The notes beneath the pieces were generated by a model. It made no database searches. It was given only the letters and a program-made list of their open reading frames with translations, and was not told the origin of the DNA. From contig CH464491.1 of the NCBI GenBank assembly GCA_000002445.1, positions 1,792,001 to 1,856,000 on the forward strand: DNA of 64,000 nt. Reading direction: 5' to 3'. Positions 9,650 to 19,310 of the stretch are shown here, in pieces (position 1 is the first letter of the stretch; every line of letters starts with the position of its first letter). Both the position numbers and the translations under genes were made by a program. Origin of the DNA: Trypanosoma brucei (lineage: Eukaryota).

Positions 9650-12532
9650 TTATTCAAAACGCGGATCATCAACCGCAGCTGAAAAATGAACGTAACCCAT
9701 CTCCCCACCTCCTATGCTGTAGGTTTTGCGAAGCACATCTGCCTGTGCAGGACTCAGCTGTACACCGAGAGACATAAGCGTTGCAAAAAATTGTCCCTCC
9801 TTTACAAACCCCTTACGAGCCCTGTCGTATTGCCTGAACGCAGGAAGCGAGACGGATCGCCGAGAGGCGAGGGTACGGCGCACCCTATCCATCACAGATG
9901 CATGGAAAGATTTATCACCTTCTTCTGTCGCCTTTTCCGCCGGTGGGGCGGCTGCAATGTGGGGAAGATTTTCGGAATTCCCAGCGGCCGCGTAAGCAGC
10001 AAAGGTTGTGGCGCTTCCACTGTCGTTCCGTTGCTGTGGCCCCATCCGCCGTGTAATGTTTTGCAACATATGTGTCACCACTGCCAGGAAGGTGGGGTAG
10101 TCCACATGATTTTCCATCTCCGGATGAGCAAAAGAGATTTCGAGCACCCTCAGTTCCTCCTCCGTAAGCTCGATACCGAGAATAGACAAGCAGTGCCTAA
10201 ATCGTGAGTTTGTTACATGCCGGTGCCGCAATTCATCACCGTCTGGGAAAAACTCCGCGAGTCTCGGTTTGCGCTCTTGAAGAAAGTAACAGATCTTCAG
10301 CAGCACCTCATCCAGAAACTTTTCCTCATCCCCAACGTTTCGTTGTGTGCTGCCGGCGCATGTGGATGCTGGAAGTGACGCTGTGAAGGTTGCACCGTTG
10401 CCGTTGATAGTCTTTTGAAATTCACCTACAGCCAACTCGCCTAGGCCAATGTCCCCAACAAAACGCCTGTATTCGATGGACTCCTTGTCATCCGCCGCCG
10501 CGTAGTAACGAGACAGTAGATCAATCTCCGCTGCCGTCAGGGCAAAGCGATGGCGGGCAAGTCCCTGCTGGAAGTTTGTTCGGGTAATCTTCGCCCGGTG
10601 GAACCGGTCAAAGTCTGCAAAGAAGGGTAGCAGGAGAGCCTGGTGTGAGCTCACGTCGTGGGAAAGTCGAGCACGCAGTCGTCCAAGCTCCTCAAGTTCA
10701 GCAGCAGTAAGCTTATCATCGGGGTTCTGGATCGTTTCCTTTAGCGTAATAGCCGCCTCGCCCTTTGCACTACGGGATGCAGTAAAATCATATCTGGTGG
10801 AAACGGAAGGCACAGCCGACGGCGCTACCTGCCCGATATCAGCGATGAAGCGGTTCGTGTCAACGTGATCCCGCACCTTTGTGGAGGCGTATTCCTTCTT
10901 CAGCAGGTCCGCCTCACTGGGATGCAACTTCACACCGGCGATACCGAGAGCAACTATGAACTTGTCCGTTTGCACAGTCCCGCCGCGAAGCGGATCAAAG
11001 TCAAAGAAGAACTCACTCACACGCAGGTGACGTTCCTCCGCCTGCATTGCAATCTTCACCAACACATTCACTACCGTGTCGGCAGGAAGTGGCCGCGACA
11101 GCTCAACACTCTTTTGCAGCTCTGCCATAGCAGAAGAGTTTAAAATCCGCGACGCCCCCGTGTCCCATTTCACTTCATCTACGTCCATGACGAACTGGAA
11201 GTAATTTACCTCATCGGCGGGGCCGCCGTCGGGAGCGCGAATGGAATACCGCCTCACGAGAAGCTCGATCTCTTCCGGCTTCAGAAAAATTTTGTGAGTT
11301 GCCAGCGAGCGAATAAAGCGGGAAGCAGTGCATGTGCGGTGCTCGTAGATACCCTTCCGTGCGCGGTCGAAATCATGCATAGTTGGAACCAGATGAATAC
11401 GGTTAGAACGAATAATCTGCCGCACCTTCCGCAACACCGCCTCCGTCTGTTGCTGCTCTTGTTGATTCGTTGCATCGATGAACTGCCCGGGCGCCCTTGT
11501 TTGTGCCAAATAGTTCGCTGAACCGCCGTCAGCCTCCGTGTGCCGCGGGTTGGTGTCAGCAAGGAACTGAACATAATTCACACGCACGAAAGGATTCTCA
11601 TCCATTCCTGGCTTTTCAACCAAGGTTGATTCATCGGCATACGCTCGCGTGAGCATCGCTATGTTCTCCGCAGTAAGTTTTGCGTCAACAAGGCGGAGCT
11701 GGCCGAGGGCAGACTCAAACTGGGGTGCAGTGACAAAGCCCGTCTTGAAGTGATCATAGTCACGCAGGTAATCGTCACAGCGCAAGTGATACATAGAGAA
11801 TTGTTCTCGCAACATGCGCAGCAAACCATCAACGGTGTGAAAGCCGCTTCGGCTCCGCAAAAAGTTCTTCAGTGGAGCAGCGGTGGGCGAATGTTGACTC
11901 ATTTCTTGGGGCTTATCCTCGATGTCATTGCACCATGCAGAGTACAAAACATCCCCGTCCTCATTCTTATACTTCTTAATGAATAGCTTAATTACCTCCT
12001 CACGCAGTCCTTCAAACGGAATGCAGCGACGAAACACCGAGGCCGATACCTTACCGCTTCGGAAATGGTCAAAATCTTCAAAGCATTTACGCAACTGGAG
12101 CCCGCGCACCCGAGAGATATCACGGATCGATTGCATGGCGGCGCGCAACTGCGCCTCCTCTGCATCCGACAGCGAATTTGGCTTGCGCTTCAACGTGGTG
12201 AGCAACTCCGGAGGCGGTTCCTCTGCCTGCAGCGCCTGAAGGAAGTTCGTATAACTCACAAGAGACCCGGCACCACGTGGTGTCACTTCGCCTGAGCCCC
12301 CATGAGTGTATGGAGCTGCAAAGGCATCGGTAATTGCATCAAACTCTTCATCGCTGACCGGTATGTTATTAACGGCAAGTGCCCGACGCAACTGCCCTGC
12401 TGTGATACGGCCAGAGTTCAACTTGTCGAAATCGGTGAAGAAGTCATTGAGACGCAGGCGACGCTGGGCAGCATGCACTCGCACTCGTTGAAGTACGTCT
12501 CCTACTAGAGACATCGGTAAAGATGTCTGCAA
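9650..12532 (-). CDS. Large (960 aa) protein composed of ~8 degenerate EF-hand-like repeat units; possible Ca2+-binding/flagellar protein
   Basis: Eight ~90-120-aa repeats. Each opens with an acidic loop of the form (F)FxDFDxxxxGxIxxxxF followed by a ...LG(I/V)xLxxxExxxLxxxY helix. Examples are FFTDFDKLNSGRITAGQLRRAL, FEDFDHFRSGKVSASVFRRC, FFFDFDPLRGGTVQTDKFIVALG, FFADFDRFHRAKITRTNFQQGLA and FRQYDRARKGFVKEGQFFATLMSLG. The loop is 2 residues longer than a canonical EF-hand, so Ca2+ binding is uncertain. Confidence 0.7.
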   Translation of the reverse strand: MQTSLPMSLVGDVLQRVRVHAAQRRLRLNDFFTDFDKLNSGRITAGQLRRALAVNNIPVSDEEFDAITDAFAAPYTHGGSGEVTPRGAGSLVSYTNFLQALQAEEPPPELLTTLKRKPNSLSDAEEAQLRAAMQSIRDISRVRGLQLRKCFEDFDHFRSGKVSASVFRRCIPFEGLREEVIKLFIKKYKNEDGDVLYSAWCNDIEDKPQEMSQHSPTAAPLKNFLRSRSGFHTVDGLLRMLREQFSMYHLRCDDYLRDYDHFKTGFVTAPQFESALGQLRLVDAKLTAENIAMLTRAYADESTLVEKPGMDENPFVRVNYVQFLADTNPRHTEADGGSANYLAQTRAPGQFIDATNQQEQQQTEAVLRKVRQIIRSNRIHLVPTMHDFDRARKGIYEHRTCTASRFIRSLATHKIFLKPEEIELLVRRYSIRAPDGGPADEVNYFQFVMDVDEVKWDTGASRILNSSAMAELQKSVELSRPLPADTVVNVLVKIAMQAEERHLRVSEFFFDFDPLRGGTVQTDKFIVALGIAGVKLHPSEADLLKKEYASTKVRDHVDTNRFIADIGQVAPSAVPSVSTRYDFTASRSAKGEAAITLKETIQNPDDKLTAAELEELGRLRARLSHDVSSHQALLLPFFADFDRFHRAKITRTNFQQGLARHRFALTAAEIDLLSRYYAAADDKESIEYRRFVGDIGLGELAVGEFQKTINGNGATFTASLPASTCAGSTQRNVGDEEKFLDEVLLKICYFLQERKPRLAEFFPDGDELRHRHVTNSRFRHCLSILGIELTEEELRVLEISFAHPEMENHVDYPTFLAVVTHMLQNITRRMGPQQRNDSGSATTFAAYAAAGNSENLPHIAAAPPAEKATEEGDKSFHASVMDRVRRTLASRRSVSLPAFRQYDRARKGFVKEGQFFATLMSLGVQLSPAQADVLRKTYSIGGGEMGYVHFSAAVDDPRFE

Positions 12533-12939
12533 TCTAATCTACACACTCACTTAGAAGTTAGTGATGACGAAGCGGTACAATTCCTCTGGACCGACACACG
12601 CCTCGTTACGAATGAACTCTCCTACTACTTGGAGTTTCCTGGCGGTCACCGAAAGAGGGGAAAAAGAGAAAAACAAGATAACGCAAGAACGGGAGGTAAA
12701 GGACAAAACGGCTAGTATCTAAGGTACGCACGAGAAAAAAAAAAGTCGACGTGGGCTAATTCAGTGCACGGGAGAACAAATGGGAAAAGGAGGAGCATGG
12801 CTTGTTTTCATCCAATTTATCTTCTCTACTAGAGCCCTCACCACCGGTGCACCTCTCCCCTTTATACATCCCCCTACACAGTAGTAAGTTTGGAGTAAAA
12901 AGGGGGAAAAAATATACGGCACTAAGCGAGGCGTAACTC

Positions 12940-13377
12940 TCAATCATCCTCGATGTCTGCCTTCGGATGTTGCACCCTAAAAGGTAGTGAGGCATCTGCC
13001 CAAGAAATTATTTCACGAGGAAACAGCAACACCGTCAGTGCAACAGCAGTAACGCCGCCGTTACGCATCGCGCGGTAAGTCCCCCACGACGCGCTCTTCG
13101 CTGTAATGAATGCGCTTGCCGCACCGATGCCTAAAGAGGGAATAACCCACTGCTTCGTACGCACCGTTTCACCCACCGCCGATACGGGCACGGCGACGAA
13201 GCGGTCGGCTTGCTCGGCGTAGAGCTTAGCGGTTGCTACGTGACCTGAGACATTCAGTGCCGGACCGAGATAAGCAGCAGCCGCCCACACGTACTTTCTC
13301 ACCGATGATACGCTGTGCCTGAGCCACGGCCACTCCCCTTCCCACTGCGACATCACACCACAGTCCTTGAGGCTCAT
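12940..13377 (-). CDS. Small (145 aa) predicted membrane protein; weak resemblance to mitochondrial fission process protein MTP18/MTFP1
   Basis: Two to three hydrophobic segments (QWVIPSLGIGAASAFITAKSASWG; GGVTAVALTVLLFPREIISWAD). The segment order resembles MTP18 (...AIPGF...; TALGLLTIPIIIHPID). The assignment is weak. Confidence 0.45.
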   Translation of the reverse strand: MSLKDCGVMSQWEGEWPWLRHSVSSVRKYVWAAAAYLGPALNVSGHVATAKLYAEQADRFVAVPVSAVGETVRTKQWVIPSLGIGAASAFITAKSASWGTYRAMRNGGVTAVALTVLLFPREIISWADASLPFRVQHPKADIEDD

Positions 13378-14654
13378 GGAACTAAAAACTTGTAACTCTC
13401 CTACGAACTATGTGTTTACAAGCAAACTTAGATATGCCCGCACACGTGACACACACACACACACGAGTACCCCAGCGGTGGATCACCACTTCAGGTATGA
13501 AACTCCAACCGTTCTACTCTGAACACAACAAAAATGCGATAACTCACCCACTGGGTGCTTAATAGGTTGTCACGTCACACTTCGCGTGGTGGAGTTTATA
13601 ATAGCAAGAGTTGAATGAAGGAGGGGTAGAATTCGATAGAGACGGGTGGCAATAAGGAAAGAACAGGGTGTTGAGCACTGGCAGACAACATTGAGAAGAT
13701 TTGGAACTATCCAATGAAACACTCTCCTCCACGAGTGTTTTGTCGTATCAGTGTCGAAGTGGTACACACAGCAATCCGCATGAGAGAATAGTCAAGGAAC
13801 CCTTCACTAAAAAGGTAGCAAACACTGAGATGCAAGTACGCTTTGCACGGGAAAACTTTAAAAAAGAAATGAAAAAGAGTGAACGGGCCTCCAGTTCCAC
13901 GTGCACACGTAGTGCACTGCTGTTGTTGTAGCAACACGACTTACCCCCGACGGAAATATTGAACAAACTCAAATCCAACACATTTAGAATTTACACCTCG
14001 CCCCACACGTTCGCTTCCGCATGTCCGGGCAATCACCAAGAGGCGGGGGATTGGAGAGGTAACTCCCAACGACGCACATCTACGAGACAACCCCGCACCA
14101 CACGTACACACAACTTTCTCCCTGCACGCGTACCAAAACGCACGAACGTTTGCTGCATACATTGCCACACCTGGTTCACGACTCTCGCCGCCGTTGGAAA
14201 ACCATCCAAGCATGCAAGAGCTATGAAAGGGAACCCCACTCAGGCATTCGGTACCCATGTGAAATACCTTCAAGGTTTAAAAAAAACTATTTAACACACT
14301 ACAACCGGTACCAATGCATTGTGTACCGCACTCCCAATACTTTTAAACTTGGACGTACCGACAGACTCACCAGTGGTACCACCACCCAATGGGCAAAACC
14401 TTTTGCAGGCACAACTCCAACACTCCAGTCCTTCTTCCTCCCATCCACAACCTCCCCCTCAGAACATTCAGCGTGGGAGCGCGCAAAAATAAAAGCGAAT
14501 ATGAGGAACGGATGACATGGAGCCACTATACCCTCGCCATCATCATATTCCTGACACAGAAGAGGTTGATGAAACCAGAGGCATTATTGTTAGTCCCTTT
14601 AAAAGAGGGTTTCGTCACCTACCATGCTCAACGCTCAAACTCCTCAAGGGAGCC

Positions 14655-16052
14655 TCACCTGCCAGCCGCACGTTTCCGTTTTATGCCTTTCTTCACTGCC
14701 GTCAGTCCCGGCAGTTCGAAGGGGAAAAAGAAGTCAGCTATCCCACAGCTTCCGTTATCCGGTACCAGTTGGCCAGACCTTGCTGTGCCACTCCTAGGCA
14801 ACACAACGTCCTGCTCGTTCACATCAGCGGAAAGGAAAATGTCGTCCCAACCCTCCAATGAGGTCCGAGTGGGTTCCCTTTTGACAGAATCCCGCTTTAA
14901 AGCATCGGGTGCCTCTCCATGGGATGGAGTACGTGATGGCAAAGCGCGTTCACCGCCCCCTTTCATGCCTCGACTCCGTCCACCCTCACCACTGCAAGCC
15001 GCTGAATTCCCATCAAATCTCGCCCTTTGGCTTGACGCAAGGCTGCCACCTCCGACTCTCCTCCTCTTTATAACTATCGGTGACTGTGATCGGGTGACCT
15101 TTCCAGATGTACCACTTGGGGAACAATGAATGTTGACCACAGGTTTATCGGTATTCGAAGCACGTTCCGCGGATCCTACAGCACGCGTATTGACATCACC
15201 GTTGTCTTTCAATGGGGCGACAGCGGGAGAGCCCATACTCGAGGCCTCACCCTCACCCTTCGCCTCCGTGTTGGCACTTTCCGCCAAACTGCAAGGGGAA
15301 GAAACGAACGGCGGTGTCGGCAGGTAATCCATTGCAGTTGGGAGACAACACAAAAACTGCTGGATGCGTTGAATGTGTTCCCCTTCACATAGGCAGCGTG
15401 CGAATACGTGGAAACGTAAAAGTAGTTGATCACTCGAAAGCGACTCTTCCGCACCCAGTTTAGAGCCAGGGCCAAACTCTATCGTAAGAAGCGGCTGCTT
15501 CCACGATGTTCCAGAGGAGGGATCGAAGAGTACTGAAGGTGATGTATCCCCAGTTGCCAAGCGCTTGCCGTTCACAAATGTTCCATTTTTACTTCCACAA
15601 TCACGGACGCTAAGAGCACACCACAACCCCGCGTCCGGTGAACCACGCAGCGGTTCTCGACCAGCGAGTTGCACGACACAGTGCCGACGCGAGAGAAATG
15701 AACCCAGCAGCTCCCCTTCAAACTGTATTACTCCACTGTTCTCCCTGGGATCCCTACCAAGTGGAAGGAGGCAAACGAGAGGAAGATTTGCCATCCCACA
15801 TCGATTCCCTCCACCTGTAGAGTTGAAGTTCTGAGAGGGAAGTGAGCAACCGTTCTCCGTGCTTCTAGATAGGAAGCGAGCCACAAGACGGCACCGTTTG
15901 TAACCACTCACTGAGGAACTTCGGACACGCATCGGTAACAAACCCGAAGGAGTCTCCTCCAGGCACTTTGTTGGCTGGGATACTGTTGCACTCAAACCGC
16001 CCAGGTCCGCAAGTGCCTTCAGGTTATGTGCAGCAACTATAGCAATCTCCAT
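14655..16052 (-). CDS. FHA (forkhead-associated) domain protein with Ser-rich low-complexity C-terminal half and basic C-terminal NLS-like tail
   Basis: 465 aa. HCVVQLAGREPLRGS...CALSVRDCGSKNGTFVNGKRL matches the FHA core signature (Gx(S/T)xNGTFVNG). The C-terminus KKGIKRKRAAGR is NLS-like. Confidence 0.7.
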   Translation of the reverse strand: MEIAIVAAHNLKALADLGGLSATVSQPTKCLEETPSGLLPMRVRSSSVSGYKRCRLVARFLSRSTENGCSLPSQNFNSTGGGNRCGMANLPLVCLLPLGRDPRENSGVIQFEGELLGSFLSRRHCVVQLAGREPLRGSPDAGLWCALSVRDCGSKNGTFVNGKRLATGDTSPSVLFDPSSGTSWKQPLLTIEFGPGSKLGAEESLSSDQLLLRFHVFARCLCEGEHIQRIQQFLCCLPTAMDYLPTPPFVSSPCSLAESANTEAKGEGEASSMGSPAVAPLKDNGDVNTRAVGSAERASNTDKPVVNIHCSPSGTSGKVTRSQSPIVIKRRRVGGGSLASSQRARFDGNSAACSGEGGRSRGMKGGGERALPSRTPSHGEAPDALKRDSVKREPTRTSLEGWDDIFLSADVNEQDVVLPRSGTARSGQLVPDNGSCGIADFFFPFELPGLTAVKKGIKRKRAAGR

Positions 16053-16263
16053 TGCCTTCCACGAGGAACTTCCCCTTTAATGAAGAATTGCTTCAACGAA
16101 CATAAAGAAGGTTGACAAAAGACAGTACATAACACGAATAAATCAAAGGTCACACACACACAATATAAGCACAGTAAATGAGAATCGCATTAACCCCACA
16201 AAAGTAAATGTGCACTTGCACACATCGCTCACAATGGACGAAACTGTGCAACAACGCGCACCA

Positions 16264-16995
16264 CTAACCCTTCGTGTCGCCCTTAACTTGATCACTTGGA
16301 TTTGAAAGAAAATAACCCTTCTCCTGTTCCCGCCGGGTGCGAAGGTAATTCCGCTGTTCCTCCACAGAAGAAGTAATGGCACGTAAAAACTCCTGCTTCT
16401 TGTTCTCATCCCTAGAAAGCTCGTACAAGTGATAGTCCTCCGCCTCTCCGAAGTTCGTCAGTGCACGCCAATAGTCATTCCATAGGTGATTCAGACCACA
16501 CCGTATCAAGCGGCGATAAAATGGCACACATTGGGGCACTTCCGTACTTGTCTCAACCTCCCGGTTTGTATTGTAGCATTCCATGAGGGACACGTGGTGC
16601 GAAGCACAACTGGAGTGGAGTGCAGCATTTTGTAGCAAAGTTTCATGGTTAAGCCGCGACCCCATGCACCCTACGTAGGCATTGTGCGTAGCGCGGCATT
16701 TCTTTTCGTTTATGCTGTTCCTCGTGTTAATTTCACGGCGATCATCACCATGTTCTATCAGATTATGCTTCTCGAGGCACGCTGTGTATTCATCGAGTTG
16801 CTTGTAACAAATATATGCGTTAAGGTTCTGTCTCAGCATGAAGTTATTGTGCGCCTCCTCAACAGCGGGATCGGGGTCACTCCCCCGATCTGCAATCGCC
16901 TCCCTCTGCTCCGCTCGCCATTGGTCAAAGAGATCCATGGAAAACTGGGAATGCTTCGACGCTGCATTCAGAGGCCGCCAAGCATTAGCAGACAT
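16264..16995 (-). CDS. Double twin-Cx9C (CHCH-type) protein, predicted mitochondrial intermembrane-space protein
   Basis: 243 aa with four exact C-x9-C spacings: CYKQLDEYTAC, CRATHNAYVGC, CASHHVSLMEC and CVPFYRRLIRC. These are arranged as two pairs, typical of Mia40-pathway substrates. Confidence 0.7.
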   Translation of the reverse strand: MSANAWRPLNAASKHSQFSMDLFDQWRAEQREAIADRGSDPDPAVEEAHNNFMLRQNLNAYICYKQLDEYTACLEKHNLIEHGDDRREINTRNSINEKKCRATHNAYVGCMGSRLNHETLLQNAALHSSCASHHVSLMECYNTNREVETSTEVPQCVPFYRRLIRCGLNHLWNDYWRALTNFGEAEDYHLYELSRDENKKQEFLRAITSSVEEQRNYLRTRREQEKGYFLSNPSDQVKGDTKG

Positions 16996-17472
16996 TGCAC
17001 GGGGGAATCAGAGGCCCTCCTAAAGAAAAAAGCAATAGCCCGTTGGCCGCAAGAACAAAAGAACAGAGAAGGAAAGGGAAAAGGAAGAAAAAAAGAAGTT
17101 GAACAGTGATAATGAGTGTTTTGCAGCCCGTGCAGGCGAATGCAGCGTTCGTCTCTCGTACTGATGTCCGGGTCCACCTTACCGTCTAAGTGAAGTGAGA
17201 TGGACTGCGGAGTACGACGCCTTGGCAGGTAGATATAAAGTGAAAATAAAATGCTGTTGCCAGAAGAAATTAAGCCGAGAGAAAAAATTTTATCTGTTTG
17301 GTGGGCATCGCTCTCCTTATTGGTCTCCCCCCGGCGTTTCGCATCCCGCTGTTTTGCCCTTGCCAAATAGACATGGCGAGAGCGCCACAGAAAAGATGTG
17401 AAGATATGCACAAAGGGGTGATCCTTTGGGAAACCTCAAATAAATGATGGTTCAGGTCCAACCTAAAAAGCA

Positions 17473-18063
17473 TCACTTCCGTTGAGGTGCAGCTTTCCCG
17501 CTACGACCCTGAGGTGCCCTCCTGTCACCGCCGCGCTGCTGCTGCTGCTGCTGCCGTTGTTGTTGTTGCTGCTGCGGTTTCTGCCTCTGTTGACCCTGGC
17601 GTTGACGGTTGCCCTCCTCAGTTCTGGCGGGCCTCCCTCCCTGTCGTTGTGCCTGCTGTGGACGGCCAGTGGGCTTCTGTGCAGCTCCACGCTGGGCAGC
17701 ACCCTTAGTTTGACCAGCCGCGTTACGGCCACCCTTCTGCTGAGTGCGGGCACCTGAGGCAACCTTCAGGTTCTTGGTTTTCTTGGCGCGAGGTTTCTTG
17801 CCAGTCTTGATGCGGACAATACCCTTAGCGATTGCTAGGTGATTGATGGCATGATCCGACTCACCCTGGCAGCGAAGGTAACCAGCGATGCAAAGCGTAG
17901 TCGTCGTACCATCAATCACACCGTTCGGATCGACATTTGCAATGGCAATCTGCACAGCAGAGTGATCGAACGAGGTAATGAGGCTGTTCGTCGCGTGGCA
18001 TTTGCGCGGAATGTACAGGTCCACGTTCACGCCTTCCTCATTGTAGGTCCCGATGGTCGCCAT
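17473..18063 (-). CDS. RPS21: 40S ribosomal protein S21e, copy 1 (with long basic Gln-rich C-terminal extension)
   Basis: The N-terminal ~85 aa align with eukaryotic S21e (VDLYIPRKC...AS/N...IA..NV...G; GESDHAINHLAIAKGIV vs GESDDSILRLAKADGIV). It is followed by a K/R/Q-rich tail. Confidence 0.85.
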   Translation of the reverse strand: MATIGTYNEEGVNVDLYIPRKCHATNSLITSFDHSAVQIAIANVDPNGVIDGTTTTLCIAGYLRCQGESDHAINHLAIAKGIVRIKTGKKPRAKKTKNLKVASGARTQQKGGRNAAGQTKGAAQRGAAQKPTGRPQQAQRQGGRPARTEEGNRQRQGQQRQKPQQQQQQRQQQQQQRGGDRRAPQGRSGKAAPQRK

Positions 18064-18099
18064 AGTGGTCGTGCTTGAGCGGAGGAGAGTATGTCACCT

Positions 18100-18200
18100 T
18101 TTGAAAAGAAACGCACGCGAAAAGCAGAAGGAGAGAAGAGAAAAAGGGGGCCGTTGAAGAGGAAGCTTGAAGGGGAGACACCACAAAAACTTCACCGGAT
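18100..18200 (-). promoter_or_regulatory. Pyrimidine-rich (minus-strand) spacer between the two S21e copies; candidate polyY/splice-acceptor region for copy 1 and polyadenylation region for copy 2
   Basis: The plus strand is purine-rich (gaaaagaaacgcacgcgaaaagcagaaggagagaagagaaaaaggggg), so the minus strand is a CT-rich tract immediately 5' of copy 1. Confidence 0.35.
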
Positions 18201-18334
18201 CTTTCAACTGCTAATGAAACACGCGGCACTGCTAACTAAAATATGCATTAAGAAAAAAAAGAGAAAAACCTCCTTCCACACGACTTCGACAAAGTTCCGA
18301 TAAGTCAAACGCGCTCCAGCCTCAAATCAACAGT

Positions 18335-18919
18335 CTAAGAGCGAGGGCCGCGCCTACCGCTCTGCTGAGGTGCCCTCCTGTCACCGCCGCGCTGCTGCTG
18401 CTGCTGCTGCCGTTGTTGTTGTTGCTGCTGCGGTTTCTGCCTCTGTTGACCCTGGCGTTGACGGTTGCCCTCCTCAGTTCTGGCGGGCCTCCCTCCCTGT
18501 CGTTGTGCCTGCTGTGGACGGCCAGTGGGCTTCTGTGCAGCTCCACGCTGGGCAGCACCCTTAGTTTGACCAGCCGCGTTACGGCCACCCTTCTGCTGAG
18601 TGCGGGCACCTGAGGCAACCTTCAGGTTCTTGGTTTTCTTGGCGCGAGGTTTCTTGCCAGTCTTGATGCGGACAATACCCTTAGCGATTGCTAGGTGATT
18701 GATGGCATGATCCGACTCACCCTGGCAGCGAAGGTAACCAGCGATGCAAAGCGTAGTCGTCGTACCATCAATCACACCGTTCGGATCGACATTTGCAATG
18801 GCAATCTGCACAGCAGAGTGATCGAACGAGGTAATGAGGCTGTTCGTCGCGTGGCATTTGCGCGGAATGTACAGGTCCACGTTCACGCCTTCCTCATTGT
18901 AGGTCCCGATGGTCGCCAT
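18335..18919 (-). CDS. RPS21: 40S ribosomal protein S21e, copy 2 (tandem duplicate)
   Basis: The protein is identical to copy 1 except for the last few C-terminal residues. The nucleotide sequence is identical at an offset of 856 bp. Confidence 0.85.
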   Translation of the reverse strand: MATIGTYNEEGVNVDLYIPRKCHATNSLITSFDHSAVQIAIANVDPNGVIDGTTTTLCIAGYLRCQGESDHAINHLAIAKGIVRIKTGKKPRAKKTKNLKVASGARTQQKGGRNAAGQTKGAAQRGAAQKPTGRPQQAQRQGGRPARTEEGNRQRQGQQRQKPQQQQQQRQQQQQQRGGDRRAPQQSGRRGPRS

Positions 18920-19310
18920 GGCGAAGTGTGAAAAAAGCGTCTTAAAAGGATGAAAAATACGGGACAGTGTTACAGTATATTGACCAAGTGCACTAACTCT
19001 GGCAAAGAGTCTCGCGGTAAGTGAAGCAACTATGAGTAAATTTCAGTTGTGGGTAATAATGAAACACTCGCAACAACTTGTTCCCAAAACCAGAATACGT
19101 AGGAGAGGAGGTGTCGCGAGTTGTGCAAATGGACATAGTTCCTCGATGGAACTCAGTTGTGGGAAGTCGGGAACCGACGCCTGCACGGGGAAAACGATGA
19201 CGAACATAGCGATATCATAAGTTCCCGCTAACGTTGTTTCACGAAAGCAACGAGGTGAAGGAAACACGTATCCCTTTCACCCCTGTGGTTTTTGCCTTGT
19301 GGAATAAAGC

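Larger units (their letters stand above)
17509..18919 (-). repeat. Tandem duplication: two ~555-bp units (17509-18063 and 18365-18919, offset 856 bp) that coincide almost exactly with the S21e CDS
   Basis: Identical sequence was read in both blocks. Identity begins ~15 codons before the stop codons and ends precisely at the ATG (catagtgg... vs catggcga...). The spacer and both flanking UTRs are unrelated. Confidence 0.8.

Noticed and set aside
9686-12508. Multiple 60-173-aa plus-strand ORFs inside 9650-12532
   Set aside because: They are antisense to the 960-aa EF-hand-repeat gene, whose internal repeat structure shows it is the real frame.
14389-15129. 246-aa plus-strand ORF overlapping the FHA gene
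   Set aside because: The minus-strand frame carries an unambiguous FHA signature and fits the strand of every other gene. The plus ORF has no motif and a P/S/L-rich composition typical of antisense frames.
17482-18613. Plus-strand ORFs (17482-17757, 17487-17708, 18370-18564, 18413-18613) encoding poly-Ala/Leu/Val
   Set aside because: They are antisense to the CAG/CAA-rich tail of the S21e genes. They are low-complexity artefacts and are exactly duplicated only because the underlying CDS is duplicated.
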